This document shows positions 20,101-30,049 of a stretch of 64,000 nucleotides of DNA, one piece after another. A program made the translations under genes and the position numbers. How positions within the stretch are numbered: the first letter of the stretch is position 1; every line of letters starts with the position of its first letter. The notes beneath the pieces are model-generated. The model was not told the DNA's origin and ran no database searches. It was given only the letters and a program-made list of their open reading frames with translations. The DNA is from Alphaproteobacteria bacterium (GTDB taxonomy: Bacteria; Pseudomonadota; Alphaproteobacteria; UBA7887), in contig CBDEUQ010000003.1 in assembly GCA_965243325.1 (NCBI GenBank), positions 30,508-94,507 of the forward strand. The letters run 5' to 3'.

Positions 20101-20420
20101 TCGACCCGTTCATCCAGGATTTCACGATTTTCGTCCTCGCGGTGTTCGTCGGCTACTACGTCGTCTGGAGCGTCACCCCGGCGCTCCACACGCCGCTGAT
20201 GTCGGTGACCAACGCCATATCCGGCATCATCGTGGTTGGCGCGCTGATCGCCGTCGGCGCCGGATTCGCCGACGCCCCGCCGGCCGGGGATGACGCGGGC
20301 GGCGGGCTGTCGTTCTCCAAGGCCATGGGCTTTGTCGCCGTGGCGCTCGCGTCGGTGAACATATTCGGCGGCTTCATCGTCACGCAGCGCATGCTGCAAA
20401 TGTTCCGCAAGAAGCGCTAG
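20097..20420 (+). CDS. pntAB: NAD(P) transhydrogenase subunit alpha part 2 (membrane part)
   Basis: ATGA start/stop overlap with pntAA; 107-aa membrane protein [24 protein letters not shown]... Confidence 0.85.
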   Translation: MIDPFIQDFTIFVLAVFVGYYVVWSVTPALHTPLMSVTNAISGIIVVGALIAVGAGFADAPPAGDDAGGGLSFSKAMGFVAVALASVNIFGGFIVTQRMLQMFRKKR

Positions 20421-20429
20421 GGGGCGGTC

Positions 20430-21815
20430 GTGTCAGCCAATCTGTCCGCCTTCGCCTATCTCGCCGCCGCCGTCTGCTTCATTCTCGCCCTCAAGGGCTT
20501 GAGCTCGCCGACCTCGGCGCGCGCCGGCAACGTCTACGGCATCGCCGGCATGGCCATCGCCGTGCTGGTGACCCTCGCGCAGCCCGACGTCGGCTCCTAC
20601 GGCTGGGTCGCCGTCGCCATGGCGGCGGGCGGCGCCGTCGGCGCCGCCATCGCGCTGCGCATCGAGATGACGGCCATGCCGCAGCTCGTGGCCGCGTTCC
20701 ACAGCCTCGTCGGTATCGCCGCGGTCCTGGTGGCGGCGGCGGCGCTGTACGCGCCGGAGGCCTATGGCATCGGCACCGTCGGCGCCATCAAGACGGCAAG
20801 CCGCATCGAGATGTCCCTGGGAACGGTCATTGGCGCCATCACCTTCACCGGTTCGGTGGTCGCCTTCGCGAAGTTGCAGGCGCTGGTCTCGGGCGCGCCG
20901 GTCACCTTCCCGATGCAGCATTGGCTGAACCTTGCGCTCGGGCTCGTCATCGTCGCCGCGATCGTCTGGTTCTGCGCCACCGAGAGCCCGGCGGCGTTCT
21001 GGGCGATGACGGTGCTTGCGCTCGCCATCGGCGTGATGATCATCATTCCCATCGGCGGCGCCGACATGCCGGTCGTCATTTCGATGCTCAACTCCTATTC
21101 GGGCTGGGCCGCCGCCGGCATCGGCTTCACGCTGCAGAACACGGCGCTGATCATCGTCGGCGCGCTCGTCGGCTCGTCGGGCGCCATCCTCTCCTACATC
21201 ATGTGCAAGGGGATGAACCGCTCGTTCGTCAACGTCATCCTCGGCGGCTTCGGCGCCGAGGACGGCGCCGCCGCGCATACCCGCACCGACAAGGCCGTGA
21301 CGTCGGGCAGCGCCGAAGATGCCGCCTTCATCATGCAGAACGCCGAATCGGTCATCATCGTGCCCGGCTACGGCATGGCGGTGGCGCAGGCGCAGCACGC
21401 CCTGCGCGAGATGGCCGACGGGCTGAAGGAGGCCGGCGTCAAGGTCTCCTACGCCATCCATCCCGTCGCCGGGCGCATGCCCGGGCACATGAACGTGCTG
21501 CTGGCGGAGGCCAGCGTGCCCTACGAAGAGGTGTTCGAGCTGGAGGAGGTCAACTCCGACTTCGCCACCGCCGACGTGGCATTCGTCATCGGCGCCAACG
21601 ACGTGACCAACCCGGCGGCGCGCACCGACCCCTCGAGTCCGATCGCCGGCATGCCGATCCTCGAGGTCGACAAGGCGAAGACCGTGCTGTTCGTCAAGCG
21701 GTCGCTTTCGCCCGGCTACGCCGGCATCGACAACGACCTCTTCTACGGCGACACCACGATGATGCTGTTCTCCGACGCCAAGAAGATGGTGGAGAACATC
21801 GTCAAGGCGCTGTAG
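20430..21815 (+). CDS. pntB: NAD(P) transhydrogenase subunit beta
   Basis: GTG start; membrane domain plus C-terminal NADP(H)-binding dIII (…IVPGYGMAVAQAQHALREMADGL...). Confidence 0.9.
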   Translation: MSANLSAFAYLAAAVCFILALKGLSSPTSARAGNVYGIAGMAIAVLVTLAQPDVGSYGWVAVAMAAGGAVGAAIALRIEMTAMPQLVAAFHSLVGIAAVLVAAAALYAPEAYGIGTVGAIKTASRIEMSLGTVIGAITFTGSVVAFAKLQALVSGAPVTFPMQHWLNLALGLVIVAAIVWFCATESPAAFWAMTVLALAIGVMIIIPIGGADMPVVISMLNSYSGWAAAGIGFTLQNTALIIVGALVGSSGAILSYIMCKGMNRSFVNVILGGFGAEDGAAAHTRTDKAVTSGSAEDAAFIMQNAESVIIVPGYGMAVAQAQHALREMADGLKEAGVKVSYAIHPVAGRMPGHMNVLLAEASVPYEEVFELEEVNSDFATADVAFVIGANDVTNPAARTDPSSPIAGMPILEVDKAKTVLFVKRSLSPGYAGIDNDLFYGDTTMMLFSDAKKMVENIVKAL

Positions 21816-21843
21816 GCGCCCCGCCGGCTTCGCGCGGTCTCCC

Positions 21844-22731
21844 GTGGCGGTGCTGTCGATCCAGTCGACGGTCGCGCACGGTCATGTCGGGAACGCCGCG
21901 GCGGTCTTCGCGCTGCAGCGTCTCGGAGTCGACGTGTGGCCCGTGCACACGGTCCAGTTGTCCAACCACACGGCGCATGCCGCCTGGGGCGGCGGCGCCC
22001 TCGGCGCCGGCCATGTCCGGGACGTGCTGCGCGGGATCGAGGAGACCACCGGCTTCGCCGGCCTCGATGCGGTGTTGACGGGCTACGTCGGCTCCGCCGG
22101 TCTCGCCGCCGTCATCGCCGAAACCGTCGACCGCGTGCGCGCCCTCCGGCCCGCCGCGCTCTACTGCTGCGACCCGGTGATGGGCAACGCGGCGCGCGGC
22201 CTCTACGTCGCCGAAGACACGGCCGCGGCGATCGCGAGCGAACTCGTGCCCCGCGCCGACATGGCAACTCCCAACGCGTTCGAGCTCTCGCGGCTCGCCG
22301 ACCGGCCCGTCGCCGACGCGGCGGAGGCGCTTGCCGCTGCCGACGCGCTCGCCGAACGCGGCCCGCCGACCGTCGTCGTCACCTCGCTCGCCGCCGGCGT
22401 CGGCCTTGGCGTGCTCGCGCGCGGCGAAGGCGGCGCGTGGCTCGTCGAGACGCCGCGCCTCGCCGCCGCCGCGCACGGCGCCGGCGATACGCTGACCGCC
22501 CTTCTGCTGGGCCGCACGCTACGGGGCGCCGCGCTCCCCGACGCCCTGTCCGACGCCGTATCGTCGACCTTCGCGTTGCTTCGGGCCGGCGCGCCCGGCG
22601 AGCCGGCGCTGATCGACGCGCAGGACGCGATCGCCGCTCCGCCCCGCCGTTTCCCCGCCCGGCGGCTGGAAACGCCCGGCCGCACCGGGTTACACTCCGG
22701 CCGCGCCGGCGGCGGGGGAGAAGGGGAATGA
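21844..22731 (+). CDS. pdxY: pyridoxal/pyridoxamine kinase (PdxY/PdxK family)
   Basis: LSIQSTVAHGHVGNAAAVFALQRLGVDVWPVHTVQLSNHT is near-canonical PdxY N-terminus. Confidence 0.8.
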   Translation: MAVLSIQSTVAHGHVGNAAAVFALQRLGVDVWPVHTVQLSNHTAHAAWGGGALGAGHVRDVLRGIEETTGFAGLDAVLTGYVGSAGLAAVIAETVDRVRALRPAALYCCDPVMGNAARGLYVAEDTAAAIASELVPRADMATPNAFELSRLADRPVADAAEALAAADALAERGPPTVVVTSLAAGVGLGVLARGEGGAWLVETPRLAAAAHGAGDTLTALLLGRTLRGAALPDALSDAVSSTFALLRAGAPGEPALIDAQDAIAAPPRRFPARRLETPGRTGLHSGRAGGGGEGE

Positions 22732-23525
22732 TCGAACTGAAAGGCGCGGTGGTCGTCGTCACCGGGTCGACGCGCGGCGTCGGCGCGGCGACCGCGCGGC
22801 TTCTCGCCGAACGCGGGGCGCGGGTCGTGGTCAACGGCTCGCGGTCGGTCGACCAGGCGGCGGCGGTTGCCGACGAGTGCCGCGCGCTCGGCGGCGAGGC
22901 GCTCGTCGTTCAGGGAAATGTCTCCGAGGACGCCGATTGCCGCCGCATCGCCAGCGAGGCGGTCGATCGCTGGGGCGGGATCGACGGGCTGGTCAACAAC
23001 GCCGGGACGACGGTATTCCGCGCACACGGCGACCTCGAAGGTCTGGACGCAGCGGATTTCCAGCGCGTCTACGCGGTCAATACCGTCGGCCCGTTCCAGA
23101 TGATCCGGGCCTGCGCGCCGCACATGAAGGCGCGCGGCCGCGGCGTGGTCGTCAACGTCTCGTCGGTCGCCGGTTCCTACGGCGTCGGCTCGTCGCTCGC
23201 CTACGTCGGCTCCAAGGCGGCGCTGAACATGCTTACCGTCTCGCTGGCGCGCGTGCTGGGGCCCGAGATCGCGGTGAACGCGGTCAACCCCGGCTTTATC
23301 GCGGGGGACTGGCTGCGCGACGGCATGGGCGAAGAGAACTACGACGCCGTCAAGGAGACGCTGGAGAAGACGACCCCGCTGCGCGCGGTCAACCGGCCGG
23401 AGGACATCGCCCGCAACATCGTCTGGCTGCTTGAGGGCGCGCCCAACATCACCGGCCACCTGTTTCACGTCGACGCCGGCATGGGCCTGATCCGCGGCGC
23501 CCTGCCGGCGATGGTGAAACGGTGA
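22728..23525 (+). CDS. SDR family oxidoreductase
   Basis: ATGA overlap with pdxY; TGSTRGVGAA Rossmann motif, NNAG, and catalytic S...YVGSK. Confidence 0.85.
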   Translation: MIELKGAVVVVTGSTRGVGAATARLLAERGARVVVNGSRSVDQAAAVADECRALGGEALVVQGNVSEDADCRRIASEAVDRWGGIDGLVNNAGTTVFRAHGDLEGLDAADFQRVYAVNTVGPFQMIRACAPHMKARGRGVVVNVSSVAGSYGVGSSLAYVGSKAALNMLTVSLARVLGPEIAVNAVNPGFIAGDWLRDGMGEENYDAVKETLEKTTPLRAVNRPEDIARNIVWLLEGAPNITGHLFHVDAGMGLIRGALPAMVKR

Positions 23526-24340
23526 GCCGCCCGGTGAACGCGGCGGCGGAAGCCGGGCGCGGCCGGGTCGTCGCGCGCCGGGAGGGGCACGTCGGCTGGA
23601 TCGTCTTCGACAACCAGGCGCGGCGCAACGCGCTCTCGCTCGACATGTGGCGCGGGCTTGCCGAAGTCGTCGCCGACTACGCGCGCGACGACGAGGTGCG
23701 CGTCGCGGTCATGGCCGGCGCCGGCGACAAGGCGTTCGTTTCCGGCGCCGACATATCGGAGTTCGAAAAGCACCGCGCCACGGCCGAGGCCGAGGAGGCG
23801 TACAACCGCATTTCCGCCGACGCGCAGGCCGCGCTCGCGCAATTCGAGAAACCGCTGCTGGCGATGATCCGCGGCTACTGCATCGGCGGCGGCCTCGCCG
23901 TCGCGCTCAACGCCGACATCCGCATCGCCGCCGACGATGCGCGCTTCGGGATCCCCGCCGCCCGCCTCGGCCTCGGCTACGGATTCGGCGGAATGCGGAC
24001 GCTCGTCGCGCTCGCGGGCCCCGCGGCGGCCAAGGAGATCATGTTCACCGCGAGCCGGTTCGACGCCGCGGAGGCGCTGCGCATTGGCCTCGTCAACCGC
24101 GTCGTCTCCGCCGACCGTCTGGAAGCGACGGTCCGCGAGGTTGCCGGGACCATCGCCGGCAATGCGCCGCTTACCGTGCGCGCCGCCAAGGCGGCCATCG
24201 GCGAGACGCTCAAGGACGCCGGCGAACGCGATATGGCGCGTCTCGAGGGCCTCGTCCGCGCCTGCTTCGACAGCGCCGACTACGTCGAGGGCCGCCGCGC
24301 CTTCATGGAGAAACGCCCGCCGCGCTTCGCCGGCCGGTAG
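23522..24340 (+). CDS. enoyl-CoA hydratase/isomerase (crotonase) family protein
   Basis: GTGA overlap; crotonase fold motifs (AGAGDKAFVSGADISEF, GYCIGGGLAVALNADIRIA). Confidence 0.85.
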   Translation: MSRPVNAAAEAGRGRVVARREGHVGWIVFDNQARRNALSLDMWRGLAEVVADYARDDEVRVAVMAGAGDKAFVSGADISEFEKHRATAEAEEAYNRISADAQAALAQFEKPLLAMIRGYCIGGGLAVALNADIRIAADDARFGIPAARLGLGYGFGGMRTLVALAGPAAAKEIMFTASRFDAAEALRIGLVNRVVSADRLEATVREVAGTIAGNAPLTVRAAKAAIGETLKDAGERDMARLEGLVRACFDSADYVEGRRAFMEKRPPRFAGR

Positions 24341-24390
24341 ACCGCGCGCGACCGCACCCCCGCCGCCGCTTCACGAGGACCGAACCGCCG

Positions 24391-25686
24391 ATGGCCGAAC
24401 CGCGCCGATTTGACTTCGACACCCTCGCGCTGCACGCGGGGCAGCGTCCGGATCCCGAGTTCGGCGCCCGGGCGGCGCCGATCTACCAGACGACGTCCTA
24501 TGTCTTTCCCGATGTCGATACCGCCGCCTCGATGTTCAATCTCGAACGCCCGGGGCACCTCTATTCGCGCATCAGCAACCCGACGGTGGCGGTGCTCGAG
24601 GAACGGCTGGCGGCGCTCGAAGGCGGCGTCGGCGCGGTTTGCACCGCCAGCGGCCAGTCGGCGCTGCATCTCGCCGTTGCCACGCTGATGGGCGCCGGCG
24701 GCCACATTGTCGCGTCCAAGGCGCTGTACGGCGGCAGCTACAACATGATGTGCCACACGCTGCCGCGCTTCGGCATCTCCGCCACCTTCGTCGATCCGCG
24801 CAGCCCGGCGGCGTTCGAGGCCGCGATCCGCCCCGAGACCCGCCTCGTGTTCGGCGAGACTCTCGGCAATCCCGGTCTCGAGGTGCTCGACATTCCCGCC
24901 GTCGCCGACGTGGCGCACCGCGCCGGCTTGCCGTTGATGGTCGACAACACGTTCGCCACCCCCCGCCTGTGCCGGCCGATCGAGCTCGGCGCCGACATCG
25001 TGATGCACTCGGCGACCAAGTTCCTCGGCGGCCACGGTGTCGCGATCGGCGGGGCGCTCGTGGACGGCGGCCGCTTCGACTGGCGCGCGAGCGGCCGCTT
25101 TCCCACCCTCACCGAGCCCTACGCCGGCTACCACGGCCTCGACTTCACCGAGGAATACGGCCCCGCGGCGATGGTCATGCGCGCCCGCGCCGAGGGCCTG
25201 CGCGACTTCGGCTGCGCGATGAGCCCGCAGACCGCGTTCTACATTCTGATGGGCGTCGAGACGCTCGGTGTGCGCATGGCGCGGCACGTCGCCAACGCGC
25301 GCCGCGTCGTCGAGTTCCTCGGCGGCCACGACGCGGTGGCGTGGGTGGCGTGGCCCGAGCGCGACGACCATCCGGACCGCGCGCTTGCCGCCCGGCTGCT
25401 GCCCGATGGCTGCGGCGCGGTGTTCTCGTTCGGAATCAGGGGCGGGCGGGCTGCCGGCCGGGCCTTCATCGAGCGGCTGAGCCTGTTCTCGCACCTCGCC
25501 AACGTCGGCGACGCCAAGTCGCTGGTGATCCATCCGGCGAGCACCACGCACCAGCAGATGAGCGCAGAAGAGCTTGCCGCGGCCGGCGTCGGCGAGGATC
25601 TCGTCCGCCTGTCGGTCGGTCTCGAGGACCCCGGAGACCTCGTCGACGATCTCGCCCAGGCCCTGCGCGCCGCGGTGCGGAAATGA
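24391..25686 (+). CDS. metY: O-acetylhomoserine aminocarboxypropyltransferase/sulfhydrylase (PLP, Cys/Met metabolism family)
   Basis: FDTLALHAGQ..., PIYQTTSY..., SATKFLGGHG (PLP lysine) are diagnostic. Confidence 0.85.
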   Translation: MAEPRRFDFDTLALHAGQRPDPEFGARAAPIYQTTSYVFPDVDTAASMFNLERPGHLYSRISNPTVAVLEERLAALEGGVGAVCTASGQSALHLAVATLMGAGGHIVASKALYGGSYNMMCHTLPRFGISATFVDPRSPAAFEAAIRPETRLVFGETLGNPGLEVLDIPAVADVAHRAGLPLMVDNTFATPRLCRPIELGADIVMHSATKFLGGHGVAIGGALVDGGRFDWRASGRFPTLTEPYAGYHGLDFTEEYGPAAMVMRARAEGLRDFGCAMSPQTAFYILMGVETLGVRMARHVANARRVVEFLGGHDAVAWVAWPERDDHPDRALAARLLPDGCGAVFSFGIRGGRAAGRAFIERLSLFSHLANVGDAKSLVIHPASTTHQQMSAEELAAAGVGEDLVRLSVGLEDPGDLVDDLAQALRAAVRK

Positions 25687-26474
25687 CGACGGCGTTCCGC
25701 GTCGCCGGGCGTGAAGTCGCCGCGGCCACCGGCGGCGTCGCGTTCGACGCGTCGAAGCCGCTTGTCGTGTTCCTGCACGGCGCCGGCATGGACCGCACTG
25801 TCTGGGCGACGCAGACGCGCTACTTCGCCTGGCGCGAACGTGCCGTTCTGGCCGTCGACTGGCCCGGGCACGGTGCCTCGGAAGGTCCGCCGCTCGCCAG
25901 CATCGAGGCCATGGCAGCGTGGGTCTGGGACCTCGTCGACGCCGCGGGCGGGCGCGAGGCGGCGCTGGTCGGCCACAGCATGGGCTCACTTGCGGCGCTC
26001 GCCGCCGCGGGGCTGGCACCCGGGCGCTGCCGCAAGCTGGCGCTGATCGGCACCGCCGCGGCGATGCCGGTGAACGACGCGCTGCTCGCCGCGACGCGCG
26101 ACGACCCGGCGGCGGCGGCGCGGATCATCGTCTCGTGGGGCTTCGGCGCCCGTGGCCACTTCGGCGGCGCGCGCACGCCGGGCCTGTGGAACATGGGCGG
26201 CGGCCTTGCGCTGCTCGCACGCGGGGCGGCGGCGCTCGGCGTCGATTTCGCCGCCAGCAACGCCTACCGCGGCGGCCCGGAGGCGGCGGCGGAAATCTCC
26301 TGTCCGACGCTGATCGTCTCGGGACGCGACGACCGCATGACGCCGCCCGCGGCCGCCGCGCCGCTCCTCGCCGCGCTGCGTGACGTGCGCGAGGTGATGA
26401 TCGCCGATTGCGGCCACATGCATATGGCTGAGCAGCCAGACCGCACGCTCGACGCCCTCGCCGACTTCCTGTAG
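25683..26474 (+). CDS. alpha/beta hydrolase
   Basis: ATGA overlap with metY; HGAGMD..., nucleophile elbow GHSMGS, C-terminal His. Confidence 0.75.
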   Translation: MTTAFRVAGREVAAATGGVAFDASKPLVVFLHGAGMDRTVWATQTRYFAWRERAVLAVDWPGHGASEGPPLASIEAMAAWVWDLVDAAGGREAALVGHSMGSLAALAAAGLAPGRCRKLALIGTAAAMPVNDALLAATRDDPAAAARIIVSWGFGARGHFGGARTPGLWNMGGGLALLARGAAALGVDFAASNAYRGGPEAAAEISCPTLIVSGRDDRMTPPAAAAPLLAALRDVREVMIADCGHMHMAEQPDRTLDALADFL

Positions 26475-26564
26475 GGCGTCCCGCTGCCGGCTCGGGCTAC
26501 GGCCGGATACCCCGTTCGTATATGCGGGATCGTTCCCGCAAGCGCGGCGCCGCCGCCGCTCCGC

Positions 26565-26798
26565 TCAGCTCCGCTGGCCGAGTCCGAACGAGCCGAAGCG
26601 CTTGTTGAAGCGCGCCACCTGGCCTTCGGTGTCGATGATGCGCTGGCCGCCGCCGGTCCATGCCGGGTGCGTCTTGGGGTCGACGTCGAGCTTCAGCGTG
26701 CCGCCCTTCTCGCCCCACGTCGTGCGCGTCGAGAACTCGGTCCCGTCGGTCATCACCACGGTGACCTCGTGATAGTCGGGATGGATTTCCTTTTTCAT
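26565..26798 (-). CDS. rpmE: 50S ribosomal protein L31
   Basis: [29 protein letters not shown]...FNKRFG is canonical L31. Confidence 0.9.
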   Translation of the reverse strand: MKKEIHPDYHEVTVVMTDGTEFSTRTTWGEKGGTLKLDVDPKTHPAWTGGGQRIIDTEGQVARFNKRFGSFGLGQRS

Positions 26799-26858
26799 GG
26801 CGCGCTGTATAGCCGCCCGGCCGTTGCGGGACAAGCGCCCCGGCGGTATAGGAGGAAC

Positions 26859-27185
26859 ATGGACGATACCGGTTTCGAAGCCCGCGCGACGGCGGCGCTC
26901 GAACGCGTCGCGGAGCGCCTCGAAAGCGCCGCCGCTGACGATCTCGACATCGACCTCGAAGACGGCGTGCTCACCGTCGAGCTCGCCTCAGGGGCGCAGT
27001 ACGTCCTCAACCGCCATGCGCCCAGCGGCCAGCTCTGGCTGTCCTCGCCCGCGAGCGGCGCCGGCCGCTTCGCTCCAGACCCGGAATCGGACGCCTGGCG
27101 CGACGTGCGCGGCGGTAGCGATCTTGTCGAACGCCTCGAGGGCGAACTGTCGCGGGCCCTCGGTCGGCCGCTCGCGCTCTCCTGA
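26859..27185 (+). CDS. cyaY: frataxin-like iron-sulfur cluster assembly protein CyaY
   Basis: GGAGGA RBS; acidic N-terminal helix and ...[15 protein letters not shown]... frataxin core. Confidence 0.7.
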   Translation: MDDTGFEARATAALERVAERLESAAADDLDIDLEDGVLTVELASGAQYVLNRHAPSGQLWLSSPASGAGRFAPDPESDAWRDVRGGSDLVERLEGELSRALGRPLALS

Positions 27186-27192
27186 TCGCGTC

Positions 27193-29022
27193 GTGAACGT
27201 CGCCGAGGCGCGCGCGAGCGACCGCGTCGCGACCCGCGAGCTGCGCCATCTGAAGCGGCTCGGACGCTATCTCTCGCCGTATCGCTGGCGCATCGCCGCT
27301 GCGCTCTGTGCGCTCACCGTGTCCGCCGGAACCGTGCTGTCGATCGGCGTCGGTCTGCGGGCGCTGATCGACAGCGGCTTCGCCGCCGGCGACGTCGCCG
27401 CGCTTGACCGCGCCCTTGTCGGCCTGCTCGTCCTGGTAAGCGTGGTCGCCGCGGCGACGTATGCCCGGTTCTATCTCGTCTCGTGGCTCGGCGAGCGCGT
27501 CATCGGCGACATTCGCCGCGACGTCTACGACCACGTCATCGGCCTCTCGCCGCGCTTTCTCGAGACCGTGCGCACCGGCGAGGTGTTGTCGCGGCTGACC
27601 GTCGACACCACGCTGCTGCAGGTCGTCGTCGGGTCGACCGCCTCGGCCGCGCTGCGCAACCTGCTGCTGCTCGTCGGCGGTTCGGTGATGCTCGCCGTGA
27701 CCAACCTGAAGCTCACCGCGCTCGTCGTCGTGCTCGTCCCCGTCGCCGTGCTGCCGATCGTCGCCTTCGGCCGCCGTGTTCGCCGGCTGTCGCGGGCGGC
27801 GCAGGATCGCGTCGCCGACGTCGGCGCGCACGGCGAGGAATCGCTCAACGCCGTGCGCACGGTGCAGGCGTTCAATCACGAGCCGATCGACCGGCGCGTC
27901 TTTGCCGGCCGCGTCGAGGCCGCGTTCGCCGCGGCGGTGGAGCGGGTGCGTGCCCGCGCCTGGCTGACCGCGGTGGTGATGGTCGGGGTTTTCGCCGCCG
28001 TCGCCTTCGTGCTCTGGGTGGGCGGACGCGACGTGCTTTCGGGCAGCCTGAGCGGCGGCGCACTGGCGCAGTTCGTCTTCCTCGCCGTCGTTGTCGCCGG
28101 CGCCGTCGGCGCCCTCAGCGAGGTGTACGGCGACCTGCAGCGCGCCGCCGGCGCCACCGAGCGGCTGCTCGACCTGCTCGACGCCGTTCCCGATGTCGCG
28201 GCGCCGCCCGCCCCGGTCGCGCTGCCGCGTCCGGCCCGCGGCGCCGTCGCCTTCGAGAACGTCACGTTCCACTACCCGTCGCGCCCGAATTCGCCGGCGC
28301 TCCACGGCATCGACCTCTCCGTGGTGCCCGGCGAGCGCGTCGCCCTCGTCGGTCCCTCCGGCGCCGGCAAGACGACCCTGTTTCAGCTCTTGCTCCGTTT
28401 CTGGGACCCCGAGAGCGGGCGCGTTCTCATCGACGGCGTGCCGCTCGCCCGCGCCGACCCGCGCGACGTGCGCGCCCGCATCGCCGTCGTGCCGCAGGAG
28501 CCCGTGGTCTTCGCCGCCGACGCCTGGGAGAACATCCGATACGGCCGCCCGGACGCCGACGACGAAGCGGTGCGCGCGGCGGCGCGCGCGGCGGCGGCCG
28601 AGGAATTTCTCGACGCCCTGCCGCGGGGCTTCGACACCTTCCTCGGCGAGAAGGGCGTACGCCTCTCCGGCGGCCAGCGTCAGCGCATCGCCATCGCCCG
28701 GGCGCTGCTCCGCGACCCGGCGATCCTGCTGTTCGACGAGGCGACCAACGCGCTCGATTCCGAGAACGAGCGTCTCGTTCAGGCGGCGCTCGACCGGCTG
28801 ATGGCGGGGCGGACGACTCTGATGATCGCCCATCGCCTCGCCACCGTTCGCGGCGCCGACCGCATCGTCGTGCTCGACTCCGGGCGCGTCGCCGCGGTCG
28901 GAGACCACGAGGGGCTGATGGCCGCCGGCGGCCTCTACGCCCGGCTCGCGGCGCCGCAGTTCGCCGCGCCGGAGCCGTCTCCCGCCGTCCGGCCGCGCCT
29001 CGCCGGCGGCGGCAGTCGCTAG
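27193..29022 (+). CDS. ABC transporter, fused permease/ATP-binding type I exporter (MsbA-like)
   Basis: 6-TM domain then Walker A GPSGAGKTT, ABC signature LSGGQRQRIAIARAL, Walker B ILLFDEATNALD. GTG start assumed. Confidence 0.85.
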   Translation: MNVAEARASDRVATRELRHLKRLGRYLSPYRWRIAAALCALTVSAGTVLSIGVGLRALIDSGFAAGDVAALDRALVGLLVLVSVVAAATYARFYLVSWLGERVIGDIRRDVYDHVIGLSPRFLETVRTGEVLSRLTVDTTLLQVVVGSTASAALRNLLLLVGGSVMLAVTNLKLTALVVVLVPVAVLPIVAFGRRVRRLSRAAQDRVADVGAHGEESLNAVRTVQAFNHEPIDRRVFAGRVEAAFAAAVERVRARAWLTAVVMVGVFAAVAFVLWVGGRDVLSGSLSGGALAQFVFLAVVVAGAVGALSEVYGDLQRAAGATERLLDLLDAVPDVAAPPAPVALPRPARGAVAFENVTFHYPSRPNSPALHGIDLSVVPGERVALVGPSGAGKTTLFQLLLRFWDPESGRVLIDGVPLARADPRDVRARIAVVPQEPVVFAADAWENIRYGRPDADDEAVRAAARAAAAEEFLDALPRGFDTFLGEKGVRLSGGQRQRIAIARALLRDPAILLFDEATNALDSENERLVQAALDRLMAGRTTLMIAHRLATVRGADRIVVLDSGRVAAVGDHEGLMAAGGLYARLAAPQFAAPEPSPAVRPRLAGGGSR

Positions 29023-29027
29023 CCGCC

Positions 29028-30044
29028 GTGCCAACGGCCGACCTGCCGCTCCATCCGCCCGTCGAACCGTTCGACCGCCGCCGGCTGCGGGTCGATTCGC
29101 GCCATGTCCTCTGGCTCGAGCAGTACGGCCGGGAAGACGGCGTGCCGGCGGTGTTTCTGCACGGCGGGCCGGGCAGCGGTTGCCAGCGCATGCACGCGCG
29201 CCAGTTCGACCCGGCGGTCTTCCGCGCCGTGCTCTTCGACCAGCGCGGCGCCGGCCTGAGCGAACCGCGCCTGTCGCTCGTCGACAACACGACGCCCCAC
29301 CTCGTCGAGGACATGGAGCGCATCCGCCGCGCGCTCGCCATCGACCGTTGGCTCGTCGTCGGCGGTTCGTGGGGCGCGACGCTGGCGCTCGCCTACGCCG
29401 GACGCTATCCGGAGCGGGTGAGCGGACTCGTGCTGCGCGCCGTGTTCCTGGGCACGCAAGAGGAAGCCCGCTGGGCGTTCGAGGGCGCGGCGCGGACGTT
29501 CCGCCCGGACCTGTGGCGGCGTTTCGCCGGGCTGCTGCCCGAAGCCGAGCGCGCCGACGTCATAGCCGCCTACGGGCGACGGCTCGAGAACCCCGACCCG
29601 GCGGTGCACGTTCCCGCGGCGCGCGCCTGGGGCGCTTACGAGCAGGCGCTGTCGGAGCTTCGTCCGGCGGCTGCGGCCCTGCCGGTGTCCCTGGACGACC
29701 CGGGCCGGGGCGCCGCCGCGCCGCGCACGCCCTACGTCGAGTGGCACTACATCAAGAACGCCTGCTTCCTCGAACCCGGCGAGCTGATGGCCGGCGCCGC
29801 GCGCTTGCGCGCGGTGCCGGGCGTCATCGTGCAGGGCCGCTACGACCTGTTGTGCCCGCCGCGCGCGGCGGCGGCGGTCGCCGGCGCCTGGGGCAACGCC
29901 GACCTTCGCATCGTCGCCGAGGCCGGCCACGCGGCGTCGGAGGCGCCGCTGCGCGCGGCGCTCGTCGGCGCCATCGCCGAGATGGGCGCCCGCCTTGCGG
30001 CCGCGCCGGCGGGCGGGAGGAACGGAGAAAGAGTCGGCGCCTGA
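29028..30044 (+). CDS. pip: prolyl aminopeptidase (proline iminopeptidase, S33 family)
   Basis: …LWLEQYGREDGVPAVFLHGGPGSGC..., nucleophile elbow GGSWGATLA; GTG start assumed. Confidence 0.8.
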   Translation: MPTADLPLHPPVEPFDRRRLRVDSRHVLWLEQYGREDGVPAVFLHGGPGSGCQRMHARQFDPAVFRAVLFDQRGAGLSEPRLSLVDNTTPHLVEDMERIRRALAIDRWLVVGGSWGATLALAYAGRYPERVSGLVLRAVFLGTQEEARWAFEGAARTFRPDLWRRFAGLLPEAERADVIAAYGRRLENPDPAVHVPAARAWGAYEQALSELRPAAAALPVSLDDPGRGAAAPRTPYVEWHYIKNACFLEPGELMAGAARLRAVPGVIVQGRYDLLCPPRAAAAVAGAWGNADLRIVAEAGHAASEAPLRAALVGAIAEMGARLAAAPAGGRNGERVGA

Positions 30045-30049
30045 CCTGC

